A stretch of DNA of 64,000 nucleotides. Source: Escherichia phage EcNP1. A program made the position numbers and the translations under genes. The stretch lies in the sequence record NC_054910.1; one strand, given 5' to 3'. A model generated the notes under the pieces. That model had not been told where the DNA came from. It did not search any database and saw only the letters and a list, made by a program, of their open reading frames with translations. Positions 17,506 to 27,047 of the stretch are shown here, in pieces. Numbering within the stretch: position 1 is the first letter of the stretch; each line of letters starts with the position of its first letter.

Positions 17506-19071
17506 ATGACTATCAAAACTAAAGCTGAACTTTTGAACAAATGGAAGCCATTACTGGAAGGTGAAGGTTTACCGGAAATTGCTAATAGCAAACAAGCGAT
17601 TATCGCTAAAATCTTTGAAAACCAGGAAAAAGATTTCCAGACAGCTCCAGAGTACAAAGACGAAAAAATCGCCCAGGCGTTCGGTTCTTTCTTAACAGAA
17701 GCTGAAATCGGTGGTGACCATGGTTACAATGCTACTAACATCGCTGCTGGTCAGACTTCTGGCGCAGTAACTCAGATTGGCCCAGCTGTTATGGGTATGG
17801 TACGTCGTGCTATTCCTAACCTGATTGCTTTCGATATTTGCGGCGTTCAGCCGATGAACAGCCCGACTGGTCAGGTATTCGCACTGCGCGCAGTATATGG
17901 TAAAGACCCAATCGCTGCCGGTGCTAAAGAAGCATTCCACCCAATGTATGGTCCAGATGCAATGTTCTCTGGTCAGGGTGCTGCTAAGAAATTCGCTGCT
18001 TTGAAAGCAAGTGATACTCTTGAAGTTGGAACTATTTACACCCACTTCTTCCAGGACACTGGTACTGTGTATCTGCAAGCTACAGAAGCTAAACAAATTG
18101 ATTCCACTGCATCTGACGCAGCTAAATTAGATGCTGAAATTAAGAAACAAATGGAAGCTGGCGTACTGGTAGAAATCGCTGAAGGTATGGCTACTTCTAT
18201 CGCTGAACTTCAGGAAAGTTTCAATGGTTCTACCGATAATCCATGGAATGAAATGGGCTTCCGTATCGATAAACAAGTTATCGAAGCTAAATCTCGTCAG
18301 CTGAAAGCTGCTTACTCTATCGAATTAGCACAAGACCTCCGCGCTGTTCACGGTATGGATGCTGATGCTGAACTGTCTGGTATTCTGGCTACCGAAATCA
18401 TGCTGGAAATCAACCGTGAAGTTGTTGATTGGATTAACTACTCAGCTCAGGTTGGTAAATCTGGTATGACCCTGACTCCGGGTTCTAAAGCTGGTGTATT
18501 TGACTTCCAGGATCCAATTGATATTCGTGGTGCTCGCTGGGCGGGTGAATCCTTTAAAGCTCTGTTGTTCCAGATTGACAAAGAAGCAGTTGAAATTGCT
18601 CGTCAGACCGGTCGTGGTGAAGGTAACTTCATTATCGCTTCCCGTAACGTAGTTAACGTTCTGGCTTCAGTTGATACTGGCATTTCTTATGCTGCACAGG
18701 GTCTGGCTACCGGCTTTAACACTGATACTACCAAGTCAGTATTTGCGGGTGTTCTGGGTGGTAAATACCGTGTATATATCGACCAGTATGCTAAACAGGA
18801 TTATTTCACTGTAGGTTATAAAGGTCCGAACGAAATGGATGCTGGTATTTACTATGCTCCATATGTAGCTCTGACTCCGCTGCGTGGTTCCGATCCGAAG
18901 AACTTCCAACCAGTAATGGGATTCAAAACTCGTTACGGTATCGGTATCAACCCATTTGCAGAATCCGCTGCTCAGGCTCCGGCTTCTCGCATCCAGAGCG
19001 GTATGCCTTCTATTCTGAATAGCCTTGGTAAAAACGCTTACTTCCGCCGTGTATATGTTAAAGGTATCTAA
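17506..19071 (+). CDS. 23: Major capsid protein gp23 precursor
   Basis: 521 aa, same length as T4 gp23; strongly biased codon use typical of a highly expressed gene. Confidence 0.97.
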   Translation: MTIKTKAELLNKWKPLLEGEGLPEIANSKQAIIAKIFENQEKDFQTAPEYKDEKIAQAFGSFLTEAEIGGDHGYNATNIAAGQTSGAVTQIGPAVMGMVRRAIPNLIAFDICGVQPMNSPTGQVFALRAVYGKDPIAAGAKEAFHPMYGPDAMFSGQGAAKKFAALKASDTLEVGTIYTHFFQDTGTVYLQATEAKQIDSTASDAAKLDAEIKKQMEAGVLVEIAEGMATSIAELQESFNGSTDNPWNEMGFRIDKQVIEAKSRQLKAAYSIELAQDLRAVHGMDADAELSGILATEIMLEINREVVDWINYSAQVGKSGMTLTPGSKAGVFDFQDPIDIRGARWAGESFKALLFQIDKEAVEIARQTGRGEGNFIIASRNVVNVLASVDTGISYAAQGLATGFNTDTTKSVFAGVLGGKYRVYIDQYAKQDYFTVGYKGPNEMDAGIYYAPYVALTPLRGSDPKNFQPVMGFKTRYGIGINPFAESAAQAPASRIQSGMPSILNSLGKNAYFRRVYVKGI

Positions 19072-19086
19072 TCTTTGACGATTTAA

Positions 19087-19115
19087 GGGACCTTCGGGTC
19101 CCTTTAGTTGTTTTT
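19087..19115 (+). terminator. Intrinsic terminator after gene 23
   Basis: Hairpin GGGACC-TTCG-GGTCCC then TTTAGTTGTTTTT. Confidence 0.75.
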
Positions 19116-19119
19116 ATGG

Positions 19120-19127
19120 TATAAATA
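19120..19127 (+). promoter_or_regulatory. Late promoter core TATAAATA (gene 24)
   Basis: Exact TATAAATA 28 nt upstream of gene 24 ATG, downstream of the gene 23 terminator. Confidence 0.7.
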
Positions 19128-19154
19128 AATCATATAAACTAAAAGGAAAGCGCA

Positions 19155-20438
19155 ATGGCTAAAATCAACGAACTTCTGCGCGAATCAACCACAACGAATA
19201 GCAACTCAATCGGTCGCCCAAATCTCGTTGCTTTGACTCGCGCTACCACTAAATTAATATATTCTGACATTGTAGCAACGCAAAGAACTAATCAACCTGT
19301 TGCTGCTTTTTATGGTATCAAATACCTTAACCCAGATAACGAATTTACATTTAAAACTGGTGCTACTTACGCTGGCGAAGCTGGATACGTAGACCGAGAA
19401 CAAATCACAGAATTAACAGAAGAGTCTAAATTAACTCTCAATAAAGGCGATTTATTCAAATATAATAATATCGTTTATAAAGTATTAGAAGATACACCAT
19501 TTGCTACCATTGAAGAAAGCGATTTAGAATTAGCTCTTCAGATTGCAATTGTTCTTTTAAAGGTTCGTCTATTTTCTGATGCTGCGGTAACAAGCAAATT
19601 TGAAAGCTCTGATAGCGAAATTGCGGATGCTAGATTCCAGATTAATAAATGGCAAACCGCAGTTAAATCTCGTAAACTTAAAACTGGCATTACAGTTGAA
19701 TTAGCACAAGATTTAGAAGCAAATGGATTCGATGCTCCTAATTTCTTGGAAGATTTGCTTGCAACTGAAATGGCGGATGAAATCAATAAAGATATTCTAC
19801 AGTCTTTGATTACAGTATCAAAACGCTATAAAGTTACAGGAATTACTGATACCGGATTCATTGATTTGAGTTATGCATCTGCACCTGAAGCTGGTCGTTC
19901 ATTATACCGAATGGTATGTGAAATGGTTTCGCATATCCAAAAAGAATCAACTTATACTGCAACGTTCTGTGTTGCTTCAGCTCGTGCCGCTGCGATTCTT
20001 GCTGCATCAGGTTGGTTAAAACATAAACCAGAAGATGACAAATATCTTTCACAAAATGCCTACGGATTCTTAGCTAATGGTTTACCGCTTTATTGCGATA
20101 CTAACAGCCCATTAGATTATGTAATCGTTGGTGTAGTAGAAAATATCGGTGAAAAAGAAATTGTCGGATCAATTTTCTATGCTCCGTATACAGAAGGTCT
20201 TGACTTAGATGACCCTGAACATGTAGGTGCATTTAAAGTTGTAGTTGATCCAGAAAGCTTACAACCATCTATTGGTTTATTGGTTAGATATGCTTTATCT
20301 GCAAATCCTTACACTGTAGCAAAAGATGAAAAAGAAGCAAGAATAATTGATGGTGGAGACATGGATAAAATGGCGGGTCGTTCAGATTTGTCTGTTTTAT
20401 TAGGTGTTAAGCTACCAAAAATTATCGTTGATGAATAA
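19155..20438 (+). CDS. 24: Capsid vertex protein gp24
   Basis: 427 aa, same length as T4 gp24; late promoter and SD upstream. Confidence 0.95.
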   Translation: MAKINELLRESTTTNSNSIGRPNLVALTRATTKLIYSDIVATQRTNQPVAAFYGIKYLNPDNEFTFKTGATYAGEAGYVDREQITELTEESKLTLNKGDLFKYNNIVYKVLEDTPFATIEESDLELALQIAIVLLKVRLFSDAAVTSKFESSDSEIADARFQINKWQTAVKSRKLKTGITVELAQDLEANGFDAPNFLEDLLATEMADEINKDILQSLITVSKRYKVTGITDTGFIDLSYASAPEAGRSLYRMVCEMVSHIQKESTYTATFCVASARAAAILAASGWLKHKPEDDKYLSQNAYGFLANGLPLYCDTNSPLDYVIVGVVENIGEKEIVGSIFYAPYTEGLDLDDPEHVGAFKVVVDPESLQPSIGLLVRYALSANPYTVAKDEKEARIIDGGDMDKMAGRSDLSVLLGVKLPKIIVDE

Positions 20439-20444
20439 AACAAA

Positions 20445-20465
20445 GGGACCTTTCGGTCCCTTTTT
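20445..20465. terminator. Bidirectional intrinsic terminator between gene 24 and rnlB
   Basis: Hairpin GGGACC-TTTC-GGTCCC with T-runs on both strands, between convergent genes. Confidence 0.8.
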
Positions 20466-20467
20466 AT

Positions 20468-21472
20468 TTAACTTACCAATTCAATCCAAGCCGGACGAAG
20501 TACATCTTGTACCATTTTAACTAATTCCTTCTTAATCAAAGAAGGATTATCCGCTTGAGTTAAAGTAATACCTTCACGAGAAGTTTCTTCCAAAATATCT
20601 TGAACAGTTAGTCCCATCACCTTTCCAAAATCTTTTGGACCAATTTCGCCAATTTTAGAAATAACGTTATTTACCCGGTTCAGTGTAACGTAGCAAGCTA
20701 AAATCCCCAGCAATTTATTATCAGCTTCTGACAGCTCAACTTTAGCTTTAATAGGCTTATCAGACTTTTTCTTTTCACTAAATTTAGAGTTCTTGCATTT
20801 AATAGCTACACGATTTCCGTTAGGCATCCAAGAAGGATAACAAGGTTTCAATACATAACCTTCAGCGGTAAATACTTCACCTTTTGCTTCGGCATTCCAA
20901 ACGCATTTATTTGCATCAACTAATCCAGCGTGATCTACCGTAAAATTATAATCCTGGACGACAGAATCTAAATCATTTGGCAATTTAATAAGTTCTTCAA
21001 ATTTACCACGACCCAAAAGTGGAGCCATTTTAAATTTAAATGTATTACAGAATGATTCCATCATATAATCATCGACATAAGTCACATCACCACTTTCGGT
21101 AGTAACAATAATGTCAAATACATAAAAATCTTTATCGCCATAATCGACATTCTTCTGAATGCCAGGTCCAGCGAATTCGCCGAAGACTTGATAAGATACA
21201 ATTGCCGAAGTTTCCATAATATCTTGTACTGCTTTAATGGAATCAGCGTAATTCTTTAGAATAATTTCATACCCAAAGAAATCTTCAGCAGGAAGAATCG
21301 GTCCAGTACGTTTAGCACAAGTTGCTTTATCGCGTTCAATAATCAGTGAGAAATTTGTGCCATGAATCTTTTCACGAGCTACCCATTCGCCGCCAGTCAA
21401 TCCTAAACTGTAAAGTTTTTCAATGAATTTAGAATTGTAATGATTTTCAAGACTGCTATACTTTTTAAACAT
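20468..21472 (-). CDS. rnlB: RNA ligase 2
   Basis: 334 aa; nucleotidyltransferase lysine motif KIHG; matches T4 Rnl2 as recalled. Confidence 0.93.
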   Translation of the reverse strand: MFKKYSSLENHYNSKFIEKLYSLGLTGGEWVAREKIHGTNFSLIIERDKATCAKRTGPILPAEDFFGYEIILKNYADSIKAVQDIMETSAIVSYQVFGEFAGPGIQKNVDYGDKDFYVFDIIVTTESGDVTYVDDYMMESFCNTFKFKMAPLLGRGKFEELIKLPNDLDSVVQDYNFTVDHAGLVDANKCVWNAEAKGEVFTAEGYVLKPCYPSWMPNGNRVAIKCKNSKFSEKKKSDKPIKAKVELSEADNKLLGILACYVTLNRVNNVISKIGEIGPKDFGKVMGLTVQDILEETSREGITLTQADNPSLIKKELVKMVQDVLRPAWIELVS

Positions 21473-21481
21473 AATTAATCC

Positions 21482-21760
21482 TCAAAATGTAATTTCTAAC
21501 CAATCACCATCACGCTGATCACTATTGACTTTAAAGCTAAATCCTTCTTTTCTCAGCCAATCACCAATTTCTTCAGTAATCAATTTATCACGAGCAGTGC
21601 AATAATAACTAAAATATGTTTTACCTTGTTCAGCTGCTTTATTAGCAAGTTCCGAAAAATCTTTAATAAAACACTCTAGTTTAAACTGTTTACTTTTAAG
21701 TGCTTTTTCACGTAATTGATTAGCAAAAGATTCATTTTCATAAAGATCATACTGTTCCAT
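21482..21760 (-). CDS. 24.2: Hypothetical protein (T4 24.2 position)
   Basis: 92-aa ORF between rnlB and hoc, same strand and tightly packed. Confidence 0.65.
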   Translation of the reverse strand: MEQYDLYENESFANQLREKALKSKQFKLECFIKDFSELANKAAEQGKTYFSYYCTARDKLITEEIGDWLRKEGFSFKVNSDQRDGDWLEITF

Positions 21761-21962
21761 TTTTCACCTTTTTATTAATATGTCTTTTTCTATAGACAAC
21801 TTTTTCTCGAGTCTCAAATTTATTCTTAGCAGTCATAGCTCGAGCCCATAATACAGCCACTTCTTTTGCCTGTAAGTTCAATTCACGAGCAATTTCAATG
21901 AATGACTTTCCAGACTCATGGAGTGTAAACACCACAACCTCAGTTCTCATAATCAATCTCAT
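21747..21962 (-). CDS. 24.3: Small helix-turn-helix-like protein (T4 24.3 position)
   Basis: 71-aa ORF; segment SGKSFIEIARELNLQAKEVAVLWARA resembles an HTH; start codon uncertain. Confidence 0.6.
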   Translation of the reverse strand: MRLIMRTEVVVFTLHESGKSFIEIARELNLQAKEVAVLWARAMTAKNKFETREKVVYRKRHINKKVKNGTV

Positions 21963-22020
21963 GTTATCGAGTTGGTGCCATTATATACATCGTTTTCTGA
22001 TTGTGTTTTGTGTGCTTTCA

Positions 22021-22045
22021 AAATGAAGAAAGGGGCCGAAGCCCC
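22021..22045 (-). terminator. Intrinsic terminator after hoc
   Basis: Hairpin GGGGC-TTCG-GCCCC on the minus strand then TTTCTTCATTT. Confidence 0.7.
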
Positions 22046-22051
22046 TTATGA

Positions 22052-23185
22052 TTATGGATAGGTATAGATGATACCAGTTTCTAAAGCAGTTTTATGAATG
22101 ATGTATCCATTGCGCGATTCTTGAACATCAACTTCTGGATAGTCTTTCATCATCTTCTGAAGGGTGTAACGATGCAAGTAGTACTTACTATCTGGGTCGT
22201 CAGTTTTCCAATCTTTACCTTCTTCAGTCATTTTTTGGATTTCATCCATAACCCACCAACCGCACCAGATATAAGCTGAAGTACGATGTGGAAGAGGATG
22301 AACATAAGGCAATTCACCTTCTGGTTCCGGAGCAACTTTATCAGTTACCTGAACTTGACCTGTTGTTTTAACTGTTTTGCTATCATAGTCAGTTGCTGTA
22401 ACGACAGCAGTAACTTCAATAGTTTGACTTCCAACAGATGAGGTATCGATAGTATATACGTTAGTTGACCCTTCTACAGGAGAAGAATCTTTCTTCCACG
22501 AGTAAGTAATTTGTGCTGCGTCAGGTGCGCCAGTAACATTAGCAGTAAATGTAGCCGAAGCATCTTGCTGAACATTAATAGAAGGAGGAGTCAATGCAAT
22601 TTGTGGATTCATTGTCTTCTTATTAACTGTCAATGATACTTCATTAGAAGTAACTTCCTTTGCATCATCATAATCTGTCGCGGTTACTTGAGCTACACAC
22701 TTAATTTTTTTAACTCCGCTTGTAGTAGGAGTGTAATTGAATGTAGCACTAGTTGCTTCGCTCACAGGAGAACCATCTACATGCCACTGATACGTAGCAG
22801 ATGCACCTGATGGTTGAGAAGCTAAGGCAGCGGTAAATTCAACAGGAGTTCCAATTACTCCAGCTGAAGGACTATCAGGAGTTACAGCTAAGGTAGTTGT
22901 CTGTGTCTTATTTTGAACTGTGATAGTTGTAGTAGCTTCTGCTGTTTCAGCTTCAGAATCAGGAATAGTATTTGTTGCAACTACTTTAATAGTCTTTTGA
23001 CCGGCAGGTCCTTTTAATACATAATCAAAAGTTGCTGCTGATCCTTCTTGGGGAGCATCATCTACACTCCAAGCATAGGTAATAGTTCCACCTCCAGTTT
23101 CACCACTGGGTGTAGCAGTAAACTGCTGAGTCTGATCTATAACTCCAGTAGGTGTTTTAGGAGTTATATCAACTGTAAAAGCCAT
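22052..23185 (-). CDS. hoc: Highly immunogenic outer capsid protein Hoc
   Basis: 377 aa; tandem Ig-like repeats; N- and C-termini match T4 Hoc as recalled. Confidence 0.95.
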   Translation of the reverse strand: MAFTVDITPKTPTGVIDQTQQFTATPSGETGGGTITYAWSVDDAPQEGSAATFDYVLKGPAGQKTIKVVATNTIPDSEAETAEATTTITVQNKTQTTTLAVTPDSPSAGVIGTPVEFTAALASQPSGASATYQWHVDGSPVSEATSATFNYTPTTSGVKKIKCVAQVTATDYDDAKEVTSNEVSLTVNKKTMNPQIALTPPSINVQQDASATFTANVTGAPDAAQITYSWKKDSSPVEGSTNVYTIDTSSVGSQTIEVTAVVTATDYDSKTVKTTGQVQVTDKVAPEPEGELPYVHPLPHRTSAYIWCGWWVMDEIQKMTEEGKDWKTDDPDSKYYLHRYTLQKMMKDYPEVDVQESRNGYIIHKTALETGIIYTYP

Positions 23186-23194
23186 AAGTTATCC

Positions 23195-23875
23195 TTATTT
23201 TAATGTTACGAAAGAAGAATTGCGTGTTTCACGAATTAAAACTGATCCGTCACGGTTAATGTAGTAAATTAAGCTAAATAAAGTTTGGTGTGCCGACGCG
23301 TGTTCAAAACTAGTTGGGTGAGATTTCCAATCCGGAGTTTCAGCGATCCATTGATAAATCCACCAAGGAACGGTACAAAATCCTGGATTTTTCCCAATCA
23401 GCTGAAGATTAGGACTAAAGTTTTCCGGAAGAGTAAATACAGACGGTTTTTCAGATTCAATAATCTCAGCTACAGCCTGTTCGAATTTTTCTTCAACAAA
23501 AGGAGTATCTTCAATCAAAACATCGATATTTTCAGGAATTTTATCCGTTTCTACCACTTCAATTTTAATGTCAGATTTAACCGGAGAATCAATCAGAAGT
23601 GCTGCCTCTGGATTGACCTCTTCATCGTCATATTTTAATCCCTCTGCAGCATCAGCAGCATTAATTAAGTCTTTAATAGATAACCCATCAGTCTCTGGCA
23701 TAGGTTCACTAGCGAGCTTCTGGAGGGCTTCTTCAATATCAATAACGATATTATCAAAAGATTTATTCTTTTTGACCTTTATACCAAACTGTTCAGCATA
23801 TTCAGCTAATTTAGCCTTAGCTTCTTTATTATCATCAAGAGCCTTCAGCTCTGCAATATAATCTTTATCTATCAT
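23195..23875 (-). CDS. inh: Inhibitor of prohead protease Inh
   Basis: 226 aa, same length and position as T4 inh. Confidence 0.88.
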   Translation of the reverse strand: MIDKDYIAELKALDDNKEAKAKLAEYAEQFGIKVKKNKSFDNIVIDIEEALQKLASEPMPETDGLSIKDLINAADAAEGLKYDDEEVNPEAALLIDSPVKSDIKIEVVETDKIPENIDVLIEDTPFVEEKFEQAVAEIIESEKPSVFTLPENFSPNLQLIGKNPGFCTVPWWIYQWIAETPDWKSHPTSFEHASAHQTLFSLIYYINRDGSVLIRETRNSSFVTLK

Positions 23876-23888
23876 AATATTTCCTCAG

Positions 23889-23896
23889 TATAAATA
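23889..23896 (+). promoter_or_regulatory. Late promoter core TATAAATA (uvsW)
   Basis: Exact TATAAATA 30 nt upstream of uvsW ATG. Confidence 0.65.
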
Positions 23897-23925
23897 TAGA
23901 TATATTTATTACATGGTATTTAGAC

Positions 23926-25437
23926 ATGACTGACATTAAAGTACATTTTTATGATTTTAGTCACGTGAGAATTGATTGTGAAGAAAGTACGTTTCATGAA
24001 CTCCGTGATTTCTTTAGCTTTGAAGCTGAAGGGTATCGTTTTAATCCAAAATACAAATATGGTCACTGGGATGGACGAATCCGTCTTTTAGATTATAATC
24101 GTCTTCTTCCATTCGGCTTAGTCGGGCAAATTAAAAAGTTCTGTGATAACTTTGGCTATAAAGCCTGGATTGACCCACAAATTAACGAAAAAGAAGAATT
24201 ATCAAGAAAAGATTTCGATGAATGGCTTTCTAAGTTAGAAATCTATTCAGGAAATAAAAGAATTGAACCGCATTGGTATCAAAAAGATGCAGTGTTCGAA
24301 GGATTAGTTAATCGTCGTAGAATTCTTAATCTTCCAACATCCGCAGGTAAATCTTTAATTCAAGCTTTACTCGCTCGGTATTATTTGGAAAATTATGAAG
24401 GTAAAATTCTTATCATTGTTCCAACAACTGCTCTGACAACTCAGATGGCTGATGACTTTGTTGACTATCGTTTATTCAGTCATGCAATGATAAAGAAAAT
24501 CGGTGGTGGAGCATCAAAAGATGATAAATATAAAAATGATGCACCGGTCGTTGTTGGTACATGGCAAACTGTAGTAAAACAGCCAAAAGAATGGTTCTCA
24601 CAGTTTGGAATGATGATGAATGATGAATGCCATCTTGCCACAGGAAAAAGTATTTCATCTATCATATCAGGTTTAAATAACTGCATGTTCAAATTTGGTC
24701 TATCAGGTTCATTGCGTGATGGCAAAGCTAATATCATGCAGTATGTTGGAATGTTTGGTGAAATATTTAAACCAGTAACGACTTCTAAATTAATGGAAGA
24801 TGGACAAGTAACTGAGTTAAAAATTAATAGTATTTTTCTTCGCTATCCTGATGAGTTCACTACTAAATTAAAGGGAAAAACTTACCAAGAAGAAATAAAA
24901 ATTATTACTGGGCTCAGTAAAAGAAATAAATGGATCGCTAAATTAGCTATTAAACTTGCACAAAAAGATGAAAACGCTTTTGTCATGTTTAAGCATGTAT
25001 CACATGGTAAAGCTATTTTCGATTTAATTAAAAATGAATACGATAAAGTTTATTACGTATCAGGAGAAGTTGATACCGAAACACGCAACGTAATGAAAAC
25101 CCTAGCTGAAAACGGTAAAGGAATAATTATAGTAGCTAGTTATGGTGTATTTTCTACTGGTATTTCAGTTAAAAATCTGCATCACGTTGTTTTAGCACAC
25201 GGTGTTAAATCTAAAATTATTGTATTGCAAACAATAGGTCGCGTATTACGTAAGCATGGTTCTAAAACAATCGCAACGGTCTGGGACCTCATTGATGATT
25301 GCGGTGTTAAGCCAAAATCTGCTAATACGAAAAAGAAATACGTTCATTTGAACTATCTTTTAAAACACGGCATTGATCGTATTCAGCGCTACGCAGATGA
25401 AAAATTTAATTACGTAATGAAAACAGTTAATTTATAA
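23926..25437 (+). CDS. uvsW: UvsW SF2 DNA helicase
   Basis: 503 aa; Walker A PTSAGKS and DECH box; near-identical to T4 UvsW as recalled; TATAAATA core 30 nt upstream. Confidence 0.95.
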   Translation: MTDIKVHFYDFSHVRIDCEESTFHELRDFFSFEAEGYRFNPKYKYGHWDGRIRLLDYNRLLPFGLVGQIKKFCDNFGYKAWIDPQINEKEELSRKDFDEWLSKLEIYSGNKRIEPHWYQKDAVFEGLVNRRRILNLPTSAGKSLIQALLARYYLENYEGKILIIVPTTALTTQMADDFVDYRLFSHAMIKKIGGGASKDDKYKNDAPVVVGTWQTVVKQPKEWFSQFGMMMNDECHLATGKSISSIISGLNNCMFKFGLSGSLRDGKANIMQYVGMFGEIFKPVTTSKLMEDGQVTELKINSIFLRYPDEFTTKLKGKTYQEEIKIITGLSKRNKWIAKLAIKLAQKDENAFVMFKHVSHGKAIFDLIKNEYDKVYYVSGEVDTETRNVMKTLAENGKGIIIVASYGVFSTGISVKNLHHVVLAHGVKSKIIVLQTIGRVLRKHGSKTIATVWDLIDDCGVKPKSANTKKKYVHLNYLLKHGIDRIQRYADEKFNYVMKTVNL

Positions 25438-25450
25438 GGGCTTCGGCCCT
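25437..25450 (+). terminator. Stem-loop after uvsW (weak terminator candidate)
   Basis: Hairpin AGGGC-TTCG-GCCCT after the uvsW stop; only a short T-run follows. Confidence 0.4.
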
Positions 25451-25462
25451 TTGGAGAAAAAG

Positions 25463-25693
25463 ATGTTACTAGAATTTAAACAATTTCTTTATGAAGCTTC
25501 TATTGATGAATTTATGGGTAAAATTGCCTCTTGCCAAACATTAGAAGGTCTAGAAGAACTTGAAGCTTATTATAAGAAAAGAGTTAAAGAAACTGAATTA
25601 AAAGATACTGATGACATCTCTGTGAGAGATGCTTTGGCAGGAAAAAGAGCTGAATTAGAAGATTCAGACGATGAAGTAGAAGAAAGCTTTTAA
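25463..25693 (+). CDS. uvsW.1: UvsW.1 small acidic protein
   Basis: 76 aa from ATG at 25463 with SD GGAG; track start 25451 is TTG. Confidence 0.8.
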   Translation: MLLEFKQFLYEASIDEFMGKIASCQTLEGLEELEAYYKKRVKETELKDTDDISVRDALAGKRAELEDSDDEVEESF

Positions 25694-25748
25694 ATTAAAA
25701 AAGGCCCAACCAAAAAGGAAGGGCCAAAACTATAGACTAAAGGTCACA

Positions 25749-25916
25749 CTATAGCAAAAGTTGTGTTTCATTTAATTGTTCTTCCGAACTTTCTGAAACT
25801 GGTAGTTCTTTAATGTAATTATAGCAAGGCCCAGGATGTACAGGACCTTTGTCTGTTTCAACAACCAATGCAGAATCGATTGGAGTTTTACAGACAACAC
25901 AAATCTTATCTGACAT
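25749..25916 (-). CDS. uvsY.-2: Small Cys/His-containing protein (T4 uvsY.-2 position)
   Basis: 55-aa ORF absent from the track (under 60 aa), hand-translated: MSDKICVVCKTPIDSALVVETDKGPVHPGPCYNYIKELPVSESSEEQLNETQLLL. SD AGGAG 6 nt upstream; minus-strand TATAAATA at 25942..25949. Confidence 0.65.
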   Translation of the reverse strand: MSDKICVVCKTPIDSALVVETDKGPVHPGPCYNYIKELPVSESSEEQLNETQLLL

Positions 25917-25941
25917 GATTGTCTCCTCTAAATTATATATC

Positions 25942-25949
25942 TATTTATA
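25942..25949 (-). promoter_or_regulatory. Late promoter core TATAAATA (small ORF 25749..25916)
   Basis: Reverse-complement TATAAATA 26 nt upstream of the ATG at 25916. Confidence 0.55.
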
Positions 25950-26169
25950 TAACTCTCATATGCATATCAATGCCCATATCTTTAGAATAAAAATATTCAT
26001 CAAGATATCCGGCAAATTTTCCTTTAATATAAAGTACATCTTCACCGCATGGGTGGTCGGCCAGGATACGAATATCCTGACGCTTGAGATTATACTTTTT
26101 CATTAAGAATTGAATTTCCGTTTCGAATTCTTCTTCATAATTAAAAGCATCATCAATGCTATATTTCAT
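25945..26169 (-). CDS. uvsY.-1: Hypothetical protein (T4 uvsY.-1 position)
   Basis: 74-aa ORF; start overlaps uvsY stop. Confidence 0.7.
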   Translation of the reverse strand: MKYSIDDAFNYEEEFETEIQFLMKKYNLKRQDIRILADHPCGEDVLYIKGKFAGYLDEYFYSKDMGIDMHMRVI

Positions 26170-26582
26170 TATTTTCCAGCCTCAAATGCTCGCATGTCTT
26201 GAATATGCTTAATAGCAAATCCACGTGATTTAATAGCATCAAGAGCTCCGCTACAGAAATCCAATAAAATTCCCCAATATTGTAATGAAGTATCAACTTT
26301 TAAAACATCCTTATCAGCTGATAGAACTGTCTTCATTTCTGATTTCTCATAACGATCCATACTAAATTCATCACCATCTCCTCGTCCCGAGTAGTAGTCT
26401 AATTTAGCTTTAAGAGCAACTTTTTTCTGCGCTTCAATTCTAAGCATTTCCTTTTTAATACTTGAATGCTTATTAAGCCATTTACTATATAACATCACAT
26501 TATTAGCTGCTTCATACTGTAATTTAGTCGAATCTATAAACACATCTTTCTTCAATTCTTCTTGAAGATCTTCTAATTTCAT
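26169..26582 (-). CDS. uvsY: Recombination mediator UvsY
   Basis: 137 aa, same length as T4 UvsY. Confidence 0.93.
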   Translation of the reverse strand: MKLEDLQEELKKDVFIDSTKLQYEAANNVMLYSKWLNKHSSIKKEMLRIEAQKKVALKAKLDYYSGRGDGDEFSMDRYEKSEMKTVLSADKDVLKVDTSLQYWGILLDFCSGALDAIKSRGFAIKHIQDMRAFEAGK

Positions 26583-26648
26583 ATTGTTCTCTATTCAATT
26601 GTTATTGGATGGACTTAGATTCATTATACCACGTTTATACGTGAAGCA

Positions 26649-27047
26649 TTATACTCTGTTACTGGAAGCCAGCTGTAGTTTTATCTGCTCAATATCATCA
26701 GGGTTATCGATAACCGAAAAGCGTATTTCTACTATCAGAGTGTAATCATCATAAACTGGTATTACATTAACTGCTAATTTATCAATACGTGGCTCGTAGT
26801 TTCTTACTGCGCTTTCGATGTTACGCTCAACTGTATCAGCAGTAAGAGGAGTCATATTCTCAAAAAGCTGATCAGATAAATCACATCCAAATTCCGGGTC
26901 AAATGGCCTCGACCCTTTTCTGGTTGTAATAATTCCCAAAAGGCTATTTTTAATTGACCTTAATCCAAGGGATCTAGAAACATCTTTGTCCCAATCCATT
27001 TTCATTTCTGGGTCAATGTCAGAATAAAGCTTATTAATATTTGCCAT
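26649..27047 (-). CDS. 25: Baseplate wedge protein gp25
   Basis: 132 aa, same length as T4 gp25; ATG overlaps gp26 stop. Confidence 0.93.
   Translation of the reverse strand: MANINKLYSDIDPEMKMDWDKDVSRSLGLRSIKNSLLGIITTRKGSRPFDPEFGCDLSDQLFENMTPLTADTVERNIESAVRNYEPRIDKLAVNVIPVYDDYTLIVEIRFSVIDNPDDIEQIKLQLASSNRV

Noticed and set aside
23285-23861. Two plus-strand ORFs (117 and 97 aa) antisense to inh
   Set aside because: Opposite strand of a tightly packed minus-strand gene; biased translations, no promoter or SD.
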